Below are positions 46,245 to 60,500 of a stretch of DNA of 64,000 nucleotides, piece after piece. A program made the position numbers and the translations under genes. The stretch is from Chiloscyllium plagiosum (taxonomy: Eukaryota): the NCBI RefSeq assembly GCF_004010195.1, contig NC_057718.1, forward strand, positions 85,371,625 to 85,435,624, written 5' to 3'. Position 1 is the stretch's first letter. The number at the start of each line of letters is the position of its first letter. Below the pieces are notes generated by a model. That model made no database searches. It had not been told where the DNA came from and saw only the letters and a program-made list of their open reading frames with translations.

Positions 46245-47285
46245 ACCAGGTCTGGCAGCATCTGTGGAGAGAGAAACACAGTTAATGTTTTCAGTCCAAT
46301 ATGACTCTTCTTCAGACCTGAGAGTTGTTGGGAATTTGTGGTGAAGAATGTAAAATAAATGGAGAACTGACATTGTGCAGTCAGACTCCAAAGTCATGGA
46401 ATTCAATATTGAAACCTGGAGGCTGTAAATAGCCTAAGCAGAAAACGAAATGTTATTCCTCGAGCTTGAGTTGTGCTTCAATGGAATATTGTAACAGGCC
46501 CAATACTAACTGTTAGCGTGGTAGCAAGGGAGTTTTATTGAAATGGCAAGCAACTGGAAGGTCAGGGTCATTCTTAAGGTCGGAGCGGAGGTATCCCTGC
46601 CAGGATTCCAATTCTTTCTCCCACTTTCTCCATCTCCGTCACATCTGTTCTGATGATGCCACCTTCCACCAGACTGCCTCCAACATGTCCTCCTTTTTCC
46701 TTAACCAACTTCCCAACATTGTAGTTGACACAGCCCACAGCCATGCCTGACCCATTTCTTTCATGTCTTTCCCACTCCACTAATCTCCCCATTCAAAAGA
46801 TTAGCTCCCCTATTTTTGCCACTTCCAGCAGAATGCCACCACCAAATACATCTTCCCCTCTCCATCACTATCAGTATTCTGCAGGAGCCTTTCATTCTGT
46901 GACACCCTGGTGCATTCCTTCAGTACTCATACACTTTCTCACTCCCTCATGGCATCATTACATGCAATTGCAGAAGGTATAACACTTGTCCATTTACCTC
47001 CTCTATTCTCATTGTCTGAGGTCCCCAAACGCACCTTCAGAGCGAAGCTGTGTTTTACTTGTACATAATTCAAACTGTATGCACTGCTCACAATGCTGTC
47101 CCCTTTACATTGATGAGATCAAATTCAGACTGGGTTACTGCTTTGTGGCAACTTCTGCTCTTTCAATTCTGATGAAGAGTCATATTAGACTTGAAACATT
47201 AAATCTGTTTCTCTCTCCACAGATGCAACTTGACATGCTGAGTTTGTTTCAAATTTCCAGCATTCACAATATGTTACTTTTATCA
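46245..47285 (+). mobile_element. Old PLE with an inverted 5' segment (terminal repeats head-to-head at about 46245-46320 and 47165-47285)
   Basis: Decayed HLRHICSDDATF and MHCSQCCPLYIDE GIY-YIG remnants. CTGATGAAGAGTCATATTAGACTTGAAAC at 47169 and its reverse at 46287-46315. Confidence 0.7.
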
Positions 47286-47879
47286 AGATGGTGTATTACT
47301 TGGGAGGCAGGATGGAGATAGCAGTGTTTCTATATACTGATTGCCCTGTTCGATGGTCAAGTTAACAGGCTCGGGAAGGATTATTGAAGAAGCCTTGGAA
47401 GTTTCCAATAGTGCATCTGGGTCAGTCTAAGAAAGCGAGAGAAGGGTCAATATCATTACATCAACAGCCCATTTTAAGTGGTCCAATGCACCTCATGACT
47501 GATAATGGTAGCTTTGGGCAGGCGAAGCACTCACTAAACCAAACTGACTTGTCTCTGTGGCAATGCACCTATCATTGCAAAAAAAGCACCCCGTCACCTT
47601 GAGAAGAGAAAGGGATAAATTTATTGTGTTTTTAAATAGTGTATACATAACTATTGGTAATTTCATAAATTCAGGTGAAACATTGAATAACCTTTGAGTA
47701 TTATCCCGAAGTTACCAGGAATTGAAGTTTAGTATTCTCAATATGGCTCCATAAAGGAGAAATACTTTAGTGACATTCAAATAAAGAATATTTTCCTTTG
47801 AAGAGTAAGCTTCAGTTCTAAACATATTGGAGATGGGAGGCTAGCAATTCTGTCATCATTTGAATCCACAAAGCCACTA

Positions 47880-49290
47880 CATGGTGCACACCAGGTGTGG
47901 ATGGGTGCAGTTCCAACAATTTCTGAGAACTTCAACATCATCCAGGACAAAACAGTCCACCTGATCTGCCTCTTTAAGCATTCACTCTCCCCAGCATCAG
48001 TGTGTACCATCTCAAGCTGCACTGCTGCAACTCACAAGGTCTTGGTAGCAACTTCTCAAGCCACAATCCTGAAGGACAGCAGAGCTGATAAATGGGAACA
48101 TCACCATCTGTAAGTTCCCCTCCAACTCAGACTCTATCCTGACTTGAAACCACATCACTTGTCCTTCACTGTTGAGAGATCAAAATTCAAGGATGCCGTC
48201 CCTGTAAGTATACCCACAGTAGATGGGCAAAAGGGACTCAAGACAGCAGCTCATTATCAGCCTCTCAAAGCCAATTACTGATAGACAACAAACTCTGGCC
48301 TTGCTAATGACCCATATATTGTGTAAACAAATCAAGAAAAAAAGACTGAAACAAAAACAGAGATTGCTGGACATGCTCAGCAGGTTTGGCAGCATCTGTG
48401 GACAGAAATCAGAATTAACGTTTTTGGTCGAGTGACCCTTCCTCAGAAGTTCTGCCAGACCAGCTGAGCTTTTCCAGCAATTTCTATTTTTGTTCCTCAT
48501 CTGCAGCTTTTTTTTCAGTTTTTAAAGATAAAAGACTGTTTTACTGACATTCAAAAAATTATTCAAGTAGGTATTTGTTCACTTTCCAATTGGTCTGGAG
48601 ACTTGGAGCAAGAATGAACATAATAAGGGATCAGCAACAGGAATGTTGCAACATCAAGGTTGATTGCGGGAGGTCAAATGACAAAATGTACAGGAATACA
48701 TCCAACTACAATTGGCAAACCTCTAAGTGACATGGTGACTTGTCTACACCACCTGAGCTGGTTGTAACAGTAAGAATGGGGATGTTGCACAACGCTGATG
48801 ATTGTGCAGTGTTCAGCACATTCAACAAGATCTGGACAACATCCATGCTACAAAATACCCAGACAATGCCCATATCCAACAAATGAGAATTCAACAATTT
48901 CTCCTTGAAACTCAATGACATTAACATTGCAGAATACTCCACTATCAGCATCCTGGGGTGTTATAATTAATTACAAACCGAACTGGACTAGCCATATAAA
49001 TAGAGTGGCTACAAGGACAGGTCAGAGGCTGGGAATTCAATGGCGAGTAACTGTCCGACTGATTCACCAAAGTCTGTACACCAGCGAAAAGGACAAAGGC
49101 AGTAAATGTATGGAAACAGCACCTTGACTTGAAGCTACATCATCATTGTATACTGTGGAATTCTGGAACTAATAGGACTATAGATATACCTATAACACAA
49201 AAACTGTTCTAGATCAAGAAGGTTGCTCATCATCACCACCTTCTCATGGACAATAAATGCTAGCCTGGCCAGTGACACCCAAATCCTGAT
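47880..49290 (+). mobile_element. Fragments of the CR1/L2-group LINE family, with a PLE-end fold-back at about 48345-48525
   Basis: Similar to the reverse complement of 50990-52130 (ATCCAGGACAAA.CAG, AAGTTCCCCTCCAA, GCTGATGATTG, AACTGGACTAGCCATATAAA). Confidence 0.6.
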
Positions 49291-50989
49291 GAGGTGTTTT
49301 CATTGTATGGAAACATGATGAATTCTTGTTTTCTAATGGCTGGAGAATTTATGCTGTTTTATGTCAGGCTGACATCCCACAACTAGTGACCATGAAAAAA
49401 AAACACTCAGGGACACAATGGCAAGCATGTGGGTGAAGTCGACAGATAAAGGAAAAAGACTGGTTTTGGTATGATAATCAGCATTAAAATTCAATAAACT
49501 ATACTTAAAGAAGCTACAAGGGACTGATATGTGATATTTTTCTCCAGGGTCTGTAGGAAAGTATGGAGATAGTGAATTTAATTAGATAACTCTCCCAAAG
49601 AGGCAGCACAGACACGTTGAACTGAATATCTGAAAGAAATTGGAGAATTTTGCTTAGGTTCTAATAGTATGAATAGGTATAATTAGAGCACAAAGCCTTC
49701 AGTGGGCCTTTGGTTATATTGGTTGCATCCAGCACTGCACAGTCTAAAATACCTGAAGTAAGCATCAGAAACTTTGGACTGGGATTAGGATTAGGATTTG
49801 ACTATCTATGACTTACAAAACACCAGCAACAGTTGAAATCTAGATTTCCCTTTCTAATTGAATAAAAGCAAAGTATTGTGGATGCTGGAAATATGAAACA
49901 AACACACCATTCTTTGTGTTTCTATTGTACATTTGTGTCCACTTTAGGCCTAATTGTCTACTGCTGTCTACAATAGCCTGCATTGTATCAAAGTGAAACA
50001 CAAAATGCTCAATAAGCCATAATGACTTCTCTAACATAGTGTATGATTGTGGAAATGAGTCTCACTTCAGTATGAACATTCTTCAGAGCAGAAAGTATAA
50101 ATTATTCGTTGGCAAATACAAAGAATTCTGTGGAACTAGCACTCTGTTTTTGACTAATAGTCTTAGCCCTGTCATGTTTGTCAGAAAGCACTATTGGCTG
50201 TACAGCTATATAAAACTTTATATATTATCTATTTTCCACTTGTAATTATTCATATGTTTTAGATGCGTGGTGCAGAATAAACTTTCAAATCGGAGTAAAT
50301 GTGCTTTGCTTTTTCATTGCAACTTTGCAATGATTGAGATCATAATTGTGGATGAGTTTATAGAATGCCATTGATTGTAATTGTGAAGATAAAAATGTGC
50401 TAAGGAATGCAGGAATTAAAGTAACATTAGGATCATACAGAGGGCATTTTGGCCTACTTTGTTGGTGCTGGCTCTTTAAAATGGCCATTCACTTAGCTTA
50501 CCCTAGTCCATGTTCCCTGTGATCCTGCAAGGGTTCCCACATTAATACACATACAGTTCCCCGTTTGCAAGTTACTATTAAACCTGCTTGTACACCTTCT
50601 GAAGCATTGCTTTCCATTGCATTTTGCACAACAAAGCATACTGCTCTCTTCTTTAGCTGTTTTGCCAACCATTGATTTTAAATTTACCAGCTAGTGGAGA
50701 GAATCCTTTCTTGGCTACCCTAATCAAAACCCATATTATTTGGAATACTTCTATTAAATTTCCCCTTAATTTACCAAATTATAAAGAAAACATTCTCCAT
50801 TCCTTGTGTTTCTCCACACAACTGAAGTTCCATAACCCTGGCACCATTTTGGTAAATCTCCTCTGCACCCTCTCCAAATTAACAAGATGTTAGAGGGAAA
50901 TCCAATTTCTTCATTCAATTAACCCTAAGAAATAAAGTTGATTCCCTTAAAAGATCCTGATTTGACTATTTAGTGTGCATCAAGAATAT

Positions 50990-52130
50990 TTATTCATTTT
51001 TGTGAGATTTGGGTGTCACTGGCTGCCCAGCATTTATTGCCCGTTCCTAGTTGCCCATGAGAAGGTGATGGTGAGCTGCCTTCTCCAACTGTTGCAATCT
51101 ACCTGCTGTAGGTTGACCCACTTTGCCATTAGGAAGGGAATTACAGGGTTTTCATACAGTGACAGTGAAGGAATGGGGATATATTTCCAAGTCAGGATGG
51201 TGTGTGGTTTGGAAGGGAACTTCAGGATGGTGGGTTTTGCCATATATCTGTTGCCCTTGTCCTTCTAGATGAAAGTGGTTATGGGTTTGACCGGTGCTGT
51301 CTGAGGATTTTTGGTGAATTTCTGCAGTGCATCTTGTAGATAGTACACACTGCTTGCTATTGAGCATCAGTGGTTGAGGGAGTGGATGCCTGTGGATGCA
51401 ATGCCAATCAAGCAGCTGCTTTGTCCTAGATGGTGTCAAGCTTCTTGAGTGTTGTTGGAGCTGCACCCGTCCAGACAAATGGGAAGCATTCTATCACACT
51501 CCTCAGTTGTGCCTTGTCGATGGTGGACAGGCTTTGAGGGGTCAAGATGTGAGTTACCTGCCTCAGTAAGCCTCTGACCTGCTTTTGTGTGTTTATATGG
51601 TGAGTCCAATTGAGTTTCTGGTCAATGGTAACCCCCAGGATGTTGATAGTGTGGGATTCAGTGACGGCAACACCATTGAATATCAAGGGGCGGTGGTTAG
51701 ATTGTCTCTTATTGGTAATGATCAAAGCCTGACATTTGCATGGCATGAATGTTACTTGCCACTTGTCAGCCCAAGCCTGGGTATTGTCTAGATCTTCTTG
51801 CATTTGAACATGGGCTGCTTCAGTACCTGAGGAGTCACGAATGATGCCTAACATTGTGCGAACATCCCCACTTTTTACCTTATGATGGAGGGAAGGTTAT
51901 TGATGAAGCAAATGAGGATGGTTGGGCCTAAGTCACAACCCCGAGGAACTCCTGCAGATACGTCCTGGAGCTCAGATAACTGACCTCCAACACCCACAAC
52001 CATCTTCCTATGTGCCAGGTATGACTCCAACTAGTGGAGAGTTTGATACCCATTGATTCCAGTTCTTTTGGGGTTCCTTGATGCCAACAATGCTGCCTTG
52101 GCGTCAAAGGCAATCACTTTCACCTCACAT
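50990..52130 (-). mobile_element. CR1/L2-group LINE 3' part, decayed RT C-terminus
   Basis: Reads MQEDLDNTQAWADKWQVTFMPCKCQ...ILGVTIDQKLNWTHHIN...KKLDTI, with frameshifts. Confidence 0.85.
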
Positions 52131-52700
52131 GATCTCAGTTGAGATATTACGAAGAGGACAACTGTAGATCTCAATGCTTTGAATTAGATCAAAGGCCAAA
52201 ACTGCCATGATTTTGATTCATTACCACTATCCAAGAACCTCTATTCAATGAGTACTGTGGGAATGTCACTTGTGCTTTTGACATCTTCCTCCCACACTAG
52301 AAATTATTCATCTTGCCTCACCTGTAAAGAATGCATATTTGGGAGAGGGATTTAATGACAACTGTTGGCTATAAAACATATTACGAGAGGAGTTACAACT
52401 TCAGTGGATTAGAAGCTATGTATAACATAAGTGAGGATAACTTGACATCAATCAAGAACACTTTGAGTGAACACCTTGAGAAATGCTACAGTTAATAAGG
52501 GATAAACTAGCTCACAGATAAATGAAAACATAAGAACAAGAGCAGGAGTAGGCCATCAGGCCCTTCAAGCCTGCTCCGCCATTCAATAAAATCATGGCGG
52601 ATCTTTCCATGGCCTCAGTTCCACTTACCCACCTCTCACTATAACCCTTACTTCCTTTACTGTTAAAAAAAATTATCTATCTTAGCTTTAGAAAAAAATT

Positions 52701-54716
52701 CTTACGACATAGGGTAAACTCTCCTGCTTAATTTAAAACCAACAACACAAAAAAGATTTATCCGTACAGTAATCTGTAAAAGTTCGAGTGGCCAAGAACA
52801 ATGTAAAATAAAAATGAACAACTTTATTTCTTAAAGTATAACAGAGAATAATTAGCTAACCACTATTTACAATTTCTGTCTCTAACCTATCTTTTACCTT
52901 CCCTTCTATAATACTAGCCCGATAAAACTCCCAATTAAGATTTACAAAACAACATGTCTTGTCTCAAAACCAGGCAGCTGTAGGTTCTTGTCTTCGGATG
53001 TTCCTGTGTCTTCTTTCCTCCTTGTTAGGAATTTCTGCATTACAGGTTACTGATCAAAAAGGGATTTTTAAGAAAAATATTTTTTCAAGCAGTCGCTTAC
53101 ATGCTAGGATGTGGCAGATCTCCCCTCAACTGTTCAATTTTCCCCTGGTCTTATACCACAGAGCATTGGATTGTGTCATTGGCTTTTAAGATTGTCAATA
53201 TAATCAGTTCAAGCTTGATTGGAAATTGATATTTTTATCGGTGTATAATTTAAACTGATTGGCTGAACTCAAATTTGTTTTTGTATTCAGGCAATGAACT
53301 ACTCCAATTGTTCAACCCGGTGTTACATACATTGTTGCCTTATTGTGAACACTTAGTGCTGTGTCCGGTAGTTCCGCTGCTTTTAACTCTCTTACAGCTA
53401 TACCCACATCTTCATACCACCTCCACACTTAAGAAGAAAATGAACCATCATAATGAAAAGATGGCTTCTTTTTTTTCCTCTGCTTTCTAAACATGTTATC
53501 CTAACATACAGATAACTTTAATATAAGTTCACCATAACTTCTTCCCACATACATAAAACATTAAATAAAGACAAATCTCATCTAAACTCTATCAGTTAAA
53601 TCTGCGATAATGCGTCTGCAATTACATTCTTCCAACCTGCAACATGTATGATTTTTGAATTAAAAGTCTGTAACATAAGACTCCAATGAAATAGTCTCCT
53701 ATTCTTGTCTTTAAAGCATTCTAAGAATGTAAGCGGATTGCGGTCAGTGTACACAATTGTCTCCAATGCATTGTTCGTGACATACACATTAAAATGTTGT
53801 GAGGCCGGTACCAAACTCAATAATTTCTTTTCAATTGTGGAGTATTTCCTCTGGTGGACGCTGATCTTCTTTGAAAAGTAACCAACTGGAAGTTCAACCC
53901 CATCCTCATCTTCCTGTAGGGGTGCAACTCCTTTGTCACTCACATCGATGGAGACTTTAAAAGGTTTTGAAAAGTTTGGCATAGCTAAAACTGGTTTGGT
54001 GGTTAATATCGATTTCAAATGGTCGAATGCCTCCTGGCATTGTTCTGTCCACCAAAACTTTGTGTTCTTCATCTGCAAATTGGTTAATGGTGCCACTATA
54101 CTGTTGAAGTTTGGAACAAACTTCCAATAAAATCCGCTGAGTCCTAAGAATCGAAGCACCTCTTTGATTATGATTACATGATTACATTACAGTGTGGAAA
54201 CAGGCCCTTCGGCCCAACAAGTCCACACCGACCCGCCGAAGCGCAACCCACCCATACCCCTATATTTACCCATTACCTAACACTACGGGCAATTTAACAT
54301 GGTCAATTCACCTGACCTGCACATCTTTGGACTGTGGGAGGAAACCGGAGCACCCGGAGGAAACCCACGCAGACACGGGGAGAATGTGCAAACTCCACAC
54401 AGTCAGTCGCCTGAGGCTGTGCCACCGTGCCGCCCTTTCTTTGAGGTTGTTCATGGAAATTCCTCCATGCCTTCGTCTTTGCATTCCATGGGGTCAACCT
54501 TCCATGCCCGATGTTACGTCCCAAAAACATCACCCTTGCTTTCGTGAATTCCATTATATTTAAGTTTATCACAAGTTTTGCTTCTCGTAGTTGCACAAAG
54601 ACCTCTGCTAACTGTACCATGTGATCTTTCCAGGACTTACTAAAGATCATTACACTGTCCAAATAGACTGCACAGTGTTAACCCAGCCACAACTCTGTTC
54701 ATTAGTCTTTGGAATG
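52701..54716 (-). mobile_element. Gypsy LTR element 3' part: RT-RNaseH remnant, PPT and 3' LTR (about 52701-53419)
   Basis: Reads LRFLGLSGFYWKFVPNF...PFKVSIDVSD...VGYFSKK...YSTIEK...VYTDRNPL...NVIADALS. The pol frame ends at RNaseH with no downstream integrase. PPT AAGTGTGGAGG on the minus strand at about 53420-53430. Confidence 0.88.
54167..54435 (-). mobile_element. HE1-type SINE with an internal deletion, inserted in Gypsy pol
   Basis: Matches 18515-18851 but jumps CGCCTGAGGC|TGTGCCACCG, lacking the B-box segment. Confidence 0.88.
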
Positions 54717-55928
54717 TGTGGATAGATAGGGGATAGAGGGATATGGATCACATATAGGCAAAAGGCTTTTAATTTAGAAAAGTGTCATTAATTGGTGCAG
54801 GCTTGGTGGGCCATAGGATCTGTTCCTGTGCTGTACTGGACTGTTCTTTGTTCTTTTAAAATGTTAAAAGCAGTTCAAATTTCGGATTGCAGTTTTAAGC
54901 TTACAACCTAGGAATCATAATCTCTGAGAGTATTAACAACTCTGAGTGTATTAATGACTGTTAGAACGAGGAATAAGGATCTGTGACTGCAACATTAACT
55001 TTATAGAACATGCATAAGAATTTTCACTGCCATAATGGTCCTGTCAGAGAAACAGGAGCACCTTTCTCTTACTGTCGTAATCATCCTATAGAAATAGAAG
55101 TAAGGATTTCTTACTGTACTAATGATCCTCTATTGTTGTGGATTTTGCCTACACGAGTGTCTTTTAGCTAATGGTTGTAATGCTTATGCTACCTCACGTA
55201 ACATAAGAAACTAGGTATGGAGTGTTGAAGATCCAAGAGACATTTATTAACCCTATATATTATATACAAATATTACATTCACAGCACCTCAGCTTCTGGG
55301 CCATCATTAAGCTATTAGGTTTACAAAGGGAAGCATATTTCATTGTTATTTTAAAAGCATGCTGATATATTGACTCTGAGACACACCACAGCATCTCAAG
55401 CAGGAATATGAATCTCCAACTTTAATAGCAATTGTTTGCGGCAACCATGGCTGACTGTGGGAACTGAAATAAGCTGAGGGGCTCTTACAGTGCAGTGGTA
55501 ATGCCCCTATCTGTGGACTCAACTCCCACCTGCTCTAGTGGTGTGTCACAGCCCATCTACATAAGTTCATTACAAACATCCATAGAAACAGGAGTAACAA
55601 TTTATTGTAGCAGTAATACTACAATAGTATCAGGAGTACTACTTAGTGAGAGTAATAGTGACCATATGAAAATAGCAGTGCTGATCCATTCTGCCGACAG
55701 CAGCAGCCCATAGAAAAAGGAGCACAAATCGCTCACAAATCGGCTCATCCCTTTAAGAACCGAAATATAATTTGTTGACTGCCATAAAAAATCTAAACAA
55801 AAACAGAAGTAAGAAATCTTACATTTATAACACAATTATAGCAGTCGAAGTTTGAAATTTGCGAGTGCAGTTATTGTTGTGATCCATTGCGTTCCCAATT
55901 TCACGAACTTTACTCAATGTTCACAAAG

Positions 55929-55947
55929 TGACCACCAGGTGGAGCAC
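55929..55947 (+). promoter_or_regulatory. Candidate CTCF-binding site
   Basis: TGACCACCAGGTGGAGCAC closely follows the CTCF core CCASYAGRKGGCRS (one mismatch) in a patch with retained CpGs. Confidence 0.5.
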
Positions 55948-56315
55948 CGCGCAGTATGTGCAAAATCAATGAGCTGATTTTAAATTTTCCTCTAGTATCA
56001 GAGCACTACGTATTAAACAATAAAAATAAGGTTACCAGAGCCAAATAAATGTAAGTATATTTCGTAGGAGCCCTATTTTGTATGCTTCCCCCCCCCCCCC
56101 CCCGTGTTTTGATAGACCCAATGTACTTTGTCATGTGTTCAGTTCTGGATTGCCCTCTGGGCCAGTTCGTTCAATCTTGCATATATCCAATCTCAGCACT
56201 TCACTTTGGATCTACTCCATTATTACTATTTAATTTTCTCGCTGAAGGCTATTTTTAATTATCCTGAAACCAGTCTGACTACTTTATGGTGAATCATTGA
56301 CATTAATGTTAATAG

Positions 56316-56782
56316 GAGGAACGGTGGTGGCTCAGTGGTTAGCACTGTTGCCTCACAGCGCCAGGGACGTGGGTTTGATTCCATGCTTGAGTGACTATCT
56401 GTTGGAGTTTGCATGTTCAAACGCCACCCCTCCCCCTTCCTGTTTCTGTGCAGGACCCCTTCAGGTGCTTTGGTTTCTTCCCACAGTCCAAAGATGTGCA
56501 GTCTCTATGGATTGGCCATGCTAAAATTGTCCATGATGCAGGCTAGGTGGATTAGCCATGGCAAAAGCCCGAAACGTCGATTTCGCTGCTCCTCGGATGC
56601 TGCCTGAACTGCTGTGCTCTTCCAGCACCACTAATCCAGAATCTGGTTTCCAGCATCTGCAGTCATTGTTTTTACCATGGGAAATACAGGGTTTCAGGAA
56701 TAAGTTTGAGTTGGGGTGGGGTGCTATTTGGAGAGTTGGTGTGGACTCAATGGGCCAAATAGCCATCCTGTAGGGATTTGAT
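56316..56782 (+). mobile_element. HE1-type SINE with a nested PLE-end derivative (about 56566-56674)
   Basis: SINE head and tail are present. The insert GCCCGAAACGTCGATTTC...CAGCATCTGCAGTC is flanked by CCATGG(C/G)AAA at 56556-56565 and 56675-56684. Confidence 0.85.
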
Positions 56783-57534
56783 GATTAAAATCTGTTAGCT
56801 TTTTGGACACAATGACCTTAAGATACAGTAAGTATTACTTGAGACTTGCAACCTTTTGAAAGTGCACCATGAGCTTTTACACTGCACTAATGGAGTGATG
56901 TTATGTATGCAGTGCACATGTACAGGTGGACCACAGCAGCCATGTTGAATGGTGTCAATCTAACTTCCAATTGGAAAGATATACCCCATTTAAAATTGGC
57001 CAATATGCTGCAAAAAGGTCTCCAAGTCTTTCGTTTTCAGGTCTAGCATGACAGAAAAATAATCTCCTGGTACCAAGATTATAAGCAAGTAATTTTCTGA
57101 CCAACAGAAAGTTTGTCTATTCGAGAATCCTGAAAAGGTTTGCAGCTTAAGACTCAGCTGTTTAATTCAGCAGTGAACTATATTTCAGGAGTGAAAATAT
57201 CTGTTTCTCAAATTTGCAAGGCTTGTTTTCCACAGCATGTATTGTGAACTGTCCCTTTTGTTTATTACTTGTACACCTGCACTATTCTCTTCAACTTTAC
57301 TTTCTGTAACTGTTTGTGTGTTTGATAAAGGTTACTGGAACAGACAGACCTGGATATATTTTCTGGGCTACGAGGTAACGGTGGATAGAAATGGGATTAA
57401 ATAACTTGCTCTTATAGAGAACTGAGATGGACACCAAGGGCCAAATTATCTCCTTCTGTAATGTAACTGTTCTATGATTTTGTGGAACCATGGCATAGAA
57501 ACCAGAGGAAGACTTTCTGATTGCAGTAATAATC

Positions 57535-60500
57535 TGTTATGGACTAAGCCAGACCACTCAAAACATTCTTAAGTAGGCAGCCCAGAACATAACTTTGCAA
57601 TTTGTTCCGTTAAGTATACAGTGAAAATTACTCAGATTAGGTTAGCGAGGTTGACTGCTATATTTTAAAACAGACAAAAATTTATTCACAAAATTACACA
57701 ATGAAACATAAAGAACAGAATAAAGAACCCCTACAGAACCCAACCTATCCAAACTAGACTTAATTATGCTGCTCCGAATATACACAACAGTCCCAATAAG
57801 CAAACTCCCTTTAAAAACCAGTATAAATGGAACACATGCTTACAGGTTGAAGTTGAAGGGCACAAAATAGAGAGAGAGAGAGTTTCCACATAGCTCTCTG
57901 CTCAAGACTGAATTAAAAACTGCTCAGCTCAGCTGGCTAGAGAGCTGACCACTCCCCTTTCTTTATACCGGTCACTTCTAAAACATGACCACTTTGGCCT
58001 GAAGTCTCATCTGTTTACATAGAAACAAAAGGCCTGTCAAAATCCTTTTCATCTCTGTACCAAACCAAACTGATCAGAGCCCCTCTTAAAATAATCATGG
58101 ACAGACTCTCCTTGAGCCAAGGAACAGCTTTTTAAAAAATGGGACTAGCTTTGTGACACCTCACCCCTTAAAAGGATGGCTTCATTTTTAACCCTTCAAA
58201 ACCCGGTTAATGGTCTAAACACACATATACACTATACCAACAATAAACATGCAAACACGCACAACCCCATGCAAATTCAGGCCGTGGTAGACCCATCACC
58301 GAACATCTCTACATCTCATTCAAGCCTTGATAATGCATCGGCAATCACGTTTTCGCAACCTGCCACATGCACAATTGTCAAACTGAATGGCTGCAACAAC
58401 AAGCTCCATCTAAACAGTCTGGCATTTTTGTCCTTGAATTTTTCCACAAATGTCAATGGGTTGTGATCAGTGTATACGATTGTCTCAGATGCATTGCTGG
58501 TAATATAAACACTGAAATGTAGTAATGCCAACACCAGACTTAATGTCTCTTTCTCCACCATTGAATATTTCTGTTGATGAATGTTCAACTTCCTGGAAAA
58601 ATACCCGATGGGTCTTTCTATTCCCTCCGTCATCTTCATGCAGGAGCACCGCACCGACATCCATATCACTGGCATCGATAGCAACCTTGAAAGGCTTCGT
58701 GTAATCTGGTGTGGCTAATACTGGGGCAGAAGTCAACAGAGTTTTTAGGCTGTCAAATGCCTTTAGACAGTCCGCTGTCCACTGAAATTTCTTGCCTTTT
58801 TTTTAACAATTCAGTGAGTGGAGCAGCCACACCGCTAAAGTTCGGCAAAAGCTTTTGGTAAAATCCACTCAATCCCAGGAACCGTAGTACCGCTTTTTTT
58901 GTCGACGGTGTGGTAATTCCCCAATTACTTTTATTTTTGCATCCCATGGGGCCATTTTTCCTTGTCCAATAACATGGTCCAGGAAAGTGACTTGAGCTTT
59001 GGCAAATTCACTTTTAGCTAGGTTTACCATCAAGCCTGCCTTCCGAAGTTAATCGAATAAGTCCAATAAATTCTGTAAATGTTCTTTCTATGAGTGACTA
59101 AAAATCACCAGGTCATCAATGTACACCACACAGTTGGGTAATCCAGCAATGATCTTATTAGTCAATCTCTGAAATGTGGCTGGAGCATTTTTCATACCAA
59201 ATGGCATGACTTTAAACTGATATAGTCCATTTGGCATTACGAAAGCCGAAATAGCCTTTGCTGTCTCTGACAGAGGTACTTACAGTAGCCTCTGAGCAAG
59301 TCTAGCTTAGAAATGTAAGTTGCTTGTCCCGCTTTTTCAACACAGTCCTCCAACTGTGGAATTGGATACGCATCAGTCTCTGTAATAGCGTTAACTTTGC
59401 GATAGTCCACACATAACCGTTGGGTACCATCTGGCTTTGGCACCAGTTACTGTAACTCACTTCGATTATTCCATCTTGGAACATGCACGCTATCTCCTTC
59501 TGAACCTGTGCCAACTTTAGAGGGTTATGCCTATAAGGATATTGCTTAATGGGAACAGCATCTCCTATATCTACATCATGCACAATTCGGTTAGAAATTC
59601 CCAGTTTATTTCCGCATATCTCCACATGTGATAGTAATAAGTCTTTCAGGTCATTTCGATTTTCTTGTGGAAGGTAACTCAATAATTTATCCCAATTTTT
59701 GACAACTTCCTCATTGTCCAATTGATTTGAGGAATGTCCAATTCAGAACCCTTTGATGTCAGTTCTTCCTTCTGTGCTGTAATCATTAACACCTTCTCCT
59801 CTTGCTTTCCTTCCCTATCAAAATACCTTTTGAGCATATTCACATGACACACTCTGTGAGATTTCTTCCCGTCTGGAGTCCTTATCAAGTAGTTCATCTC
59901 ACTCAATTTCCTCTCGATTTGATACGGCCACTAAACCTTGTTTTCAAGGGCTCACCTGTTACTGGAAGTAAATTACCCTTCAGATCTTCACTGAGATCTA
60001 CCTTTCACTTTCCACGTGAGGATATCTCTTTCCCCAATTTCTATCCCTCATGGACTTAAATTAATTCAGGAAGCAAAATCAAGTTTTATGGACCAGCTCA
60101 TAATCATCAACCAATTCAGCTGCTAACCTTGCTGTTTTAACTCTCTCTGTTTTAACCCCTCTTCCACATGAATTCACACAACTTCAGATAGTGAATTTTT
60201 GAATTCCTCCAAAATAATTACCTCTGTAAGGGCATCTTAGGTTTGTTTGATTTTTAAAGCTCTTATCCATCTATCGAAATTACTCTGTTTGATCCTTTCA
60301 AACTCAATATAGGTTTGACCAGGGTCCCTCCTTAAAGTCCGTCGACTTTTGGTACAAGCTCATATGCACTTAAAATGGCTTTTTCACCTCCTCATACTCC
60401 TTAGATACCTCTTTTGATAAAGATGTGAATACCTCACTAGCCCTGCCTACAAGTTTCGCTTGGATCAACAACATCCACATTGCCACTGGCCACTGCATTT

